From: Parcubacteria group bacterium Licking1014_17
GTDB lineage: Bacteria; Patescibacteriota; Minisyncoccia; 2-02-FULL-40-12; IGHO2-01-FULL-4-A
DNA length: 64,000 nt
Assembly (NCBI GenBank): GCA_007376485.1
Contig: VMGJ01000003.1
Location: 81,252 to 145,251 of the forward strand
Direction: 5' to 3'
The position numbers and the translations under genes are program-made. Under the pieces are notes generated by a model. That model saw only the letters and a list, made by a program, of their open reading frames with translations. It was not told where the DNA came from and ran no database searches. This document shows, piece by piece, positions 61,329-64,000 of the stretch. The stretch's first letter is position 1, and every line of letters begins with the position of its first letter.

Positions 61329-62723
61329 ATGAAAAAAGCCATATTTATCGTAGTTTTTCTCATTGTGATAGTCGGTATCGGTTTGTATCTGACCCAAATG
61401 ACTCCGACGGGCGGCAATCTGGCGAAAATGACCGCCTCGCCCTCCGTCAGTGAAATCGTCGAAGTGAGCCAGCCGTGGATTGAGGTTCTCTCCGCCGGCG
61501 TTTACATCTCCGGCGCCGAAACCGGCGAATCCCCCGCCAAAACCGAATTAAAAACCGGAGATGAGGTGATAGCCGGAAGCGTTATTGAAACCGATAAAAC
61601 AGGGCTTGCTGAAATCCATTTCCCAGATGGCTCGGTTGCCCGCGTTGATTCCGACACAAAATTAACCATCAAAAACGCGAGTTATGATAAAAATACCGAA
61701 ACGCTGGTTGTAAAAATCGGTCTCGCGCTGGGGCGCGTCTGGTCCAAGGTGATCGGATTAGCTACTCCCGAATCGTCATGGGAAGTGGAAACCTCAAACG
61801 CCGTGGCTACGGTGAGAGGCACAGCTTTCGGTATGGAAATTGTCGGCGACGAAACAACCGTTGTCGGTTCGGAAAACGAGGTTGAAGTCCAGGCGATTGG
61901 TCCCAAATCCGGAAAACCGATTGAAAAACCGACAAAAGTCATTAAAGGCATGTTTTTGACTTTTAAAAATCAGGACATAATTGACGTGGCTTACGGCAGA
62001 AAAGCTTTTGCCGCCAAACGGATAACTGCGGCGCTGGCTCAAAAAGAATGGATAACCCGCTTTCAAAAAGCCGATACCTCTTTTGACGAACGGATAAATA
62101 GTGTGAAGTCAAATATCACTGACAACGACCCGATAAAAATAAGAAATGAAATCAGGATGGATATGGCAAAACGGCTGATTGAACTGCGCAAAGAAATTCT
62201 TCAAAATACCGCCAGTCCTTCCGCGTCTCCCAGCCCTGTGTCGGGAAACGAAAATCTAAAGCTTGGAAACTTGAGCAATGCTATCTCCTCGGGGCTTGGC
62301 CAAGAACTTAGTGTTACCGTAGCTAAACCGGTTTCATTGGAAATTGCTTCGGCTCAGCCGCTGGAAAAAATCACGGAAGGCAGCGCTGTAATTTTCAAAT
62401 CAATCCTGACTCTAAGCGATGGCAGTAAAAAAGCGGTTACCGATTTGTCCGAGTGGAAAGTTTCGGGTTCTATCGGCTCAATTACGAGCCCGGGAACGCT
62501 GGCGGCGAAAATCGGCACATTGGAATTAAGAGCCCAAACGGCTTACGGCTATGTTACCGCCTCGTGGAAGGACCCCAAAACCGGCGCGATTTTTACGGGC
62601 AAGTCAGTTGTCTTCAATGTTTACCCAAAAACGGCGACTCCCACGCCAACGCCGTCTCTTCTTAAATCGCTGATTCCTCCTTTGCTTATCAAGCCAACAC
62701 CCACGCCGACTCAAGGCAGATAA
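61329..62723 (+). CDS. Membrane-anchored FecR-domain protein with a C-terminal Ig-like region and a PT-rich tail
   Basis: An N-terminal TM helix, then a FecR-like beta-sandwich (VATVRGTAFGMEI...). Confidence 0.7.
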   Translation: MKKAIFIVVFLIVIVGIGLYLTQMTPTGGNLAKMTASPSVSEIVEVSQPWIEVLSAGVYISGAETGESPAKTELKTGDEVIAGSVIETDKTGLAEIHFPDGSVARVDSDTKLTIKNASYDKNTETLVVKIGLALGRVWSKVIGLATPESSWEVETSNAVATVRGTAFGMEIVGDETTVVGSENEVEVQAIGPKSGKPIEKPTKVIKGMFLTFKNQDIIDVAYGRKAFAAKRITAALAQKEWITRFQKADTSFDERINSVKSNITDNDPIKIRNEIRMDMAKRLIELRKEILQNTASPSASPSPVSGNENLKLGNLSNAISSGLGQELSVTVAKPVSLEIASAQPLEKITEGSAVIFKSILTLSDGSKKAVTDLSEWKVSGSIGSITSPGTLAAKIGTLELRAQTAYGYVTASWKDPKTGAIFTGKSVVFNVYPKTATPTPTPSLLKSLIPPLLIKPTPTPTQGR

Positions 62724-62731
62724 AAATTATC

Positions 62732-64000
62732 CATGAAAAATAAGACCGCCATCCTCGGAATCGGGATTACCGCCGGAGTTCTGGTCTGGCTTTCTTTTTA
62801 TGTTGGCTTATTTAAGGGTTTTGAATATTTTATTGAAGACCGTCTTGTTTCGGAAAAACCGGTCAGTCCCGATATTCTGATACTTTCCGTAGATAACGAG
62901 TCAATCAGCCGCATAGGCCAGTGGCCGTGGCCACGATCGGTTTTCGCGAGGGCTTTAGATAAAATGCATGATTACAAGCCGGCGGTCTTGGGAATTGACG
63001 TAATATTTTCCGAACCGTCACGTTTCGGTTCTGCCGATGATATGGTATTATCGCAGGCAATCGGCAGAAGCGGTTTCCCCGTAGTTATGACTGAAGAAGC
63101 CTCGCCTTTGATAATCAGAAAAGGCGAATCGCCGTTTTTAGCCGGTAACGTCATCTCAACCCTTCCAATTTTCACAAAAAATTCAAATGTTGCCTTGGGG
63201 CACGTAAATCTTGTGCAGGATAAAGACGGCGTCGTCCGCCGGCTACCCTACCGCATCGAAACAAACGGCCCCGCACGACTTCCGCCGATGGTTAGTTTTT
63301 CTTCGGAAGTTGCCAGATTAAGCGGGAAGGACGGGGCAAGCACAGCCGGCATTTCGCCTTCCGAGAGAATTGTATACGCCGGTCCGCCCGGTTCGGTAAG
63401 ACAAATTTCGTTTTACAGAATCCTCGAAGAAGAATATCTGGTAAAATCGCTCAAAAACAAAATTATTCTTATCGGCGCGACTTCGCCGGATTTGCATGAT
63501 GAAAAGCTGACGCCCGTTTCCAAGGGCACGGAAATGCCCGGGGTTGAAATCCAGGCGCAGGCGGTAAATATGTTTCTGAAGGGTTACCGGCTATTCGACA
63601 TCCCGGATTATTTGTCCGCCTTGTGGGTATTGCTGGCGGCTGTCATCGCGTCGCTAGTATTTCTGATACTGAATCGCCCTCTCGCGCCCATACTTGCAAA
63701 TGTCGGGCTCGGCGTTATTTATTCAGTAGCCATACTTTTGCTCTTTGACGCGGGGAAGGTCGCAAACTTTTTGCATATAAATCTGGCGTGGACTTTGCCG
63801 ACAATTTTGGTGCCCAGTTACAGATATTTTGCCGGAGAGAAAGAAAAGCAGAAAATGAAACGGCTATTCGGCAAATATGTTTCAAAAAGCGTGCTGAATG
63901 AAATTTTGAAAAATCCCGATAAAGTGAAAATCGGGGGCGAGGAAAGGGAAATCACCGTGTTGTTTTCGGACATCAGGGGATTCACGACTCTGTCCGAAAA
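62732..64000 (+). CDS. CHASE2 sensor domain fused to a class III adenylate/guanylate cyclase (3'-partial at the window end)
   Basis: Extracytoplasmic CHASE2-like region flanked by TM helices, then ITVLFSDIRGFTTLSE. Confidence 0.75.

Overview
This is a low-GC bacterial fragment that reads like a Candidate Phyla Radiation (Patescibacteria) genome. The support for that is a ribosomal-protein superoperon with S5 directly followed by L15 and no L30, a 23S rRNA interrupted by LAGLIDADG-encoding introns, and the small-genome gene set. Minus strand, in coordinate order: EPS glycosyltransferases, RNase P RNA, rnhA, a GIY-YIG gene, a DHH phosphoesterase, pgk, dedA, a GT2, map-adk-secY, the ribosomal cluster L15 through S10, tuf, csoR-copA, recA, ftsK, 5S + 23S rRNA, hppA and rmuC. 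Plus strand: rpsF-ssb-rpsR, rpoB-rpoC, ftsW, a FecR-domain protein and a partial CHASE2-cyclase. The most interesting content is three complete diversity-generating retroelements (DGRs). Each has a reverse transcriptase with the DGR-type LGxxxSQ motif and YCDD. Each has an Avd-like four-helix-bundle gene. Each has a template repeat (TR) and a variable repeat (VR) at the 3' end of a small cytoplasmic target gene. All visible TR/VR mismatches fall at TR adenines on the coding strand. The three cassettes share an odd architecture. avd runs divergent from the RT, the two start codons overlap across a C9-C10 homopolymer, and each RT stop abuts a housekeeping gene (pgk, recA, hppA). Two of the cassettes carry, upstream of the target, a roughly 150-nt structured element that is conserved by covariation. 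A third copy of that element sits alone in the EPS locus. Other findings are a recurring 18-bp inverted-repeat element touching start codons, a small SD-led ORF nested in a 23S helix-loop insertion, and a perfect palindrome at the csoR promoter. No CRISPR array, tRNA or 16S rRNA could be supported.
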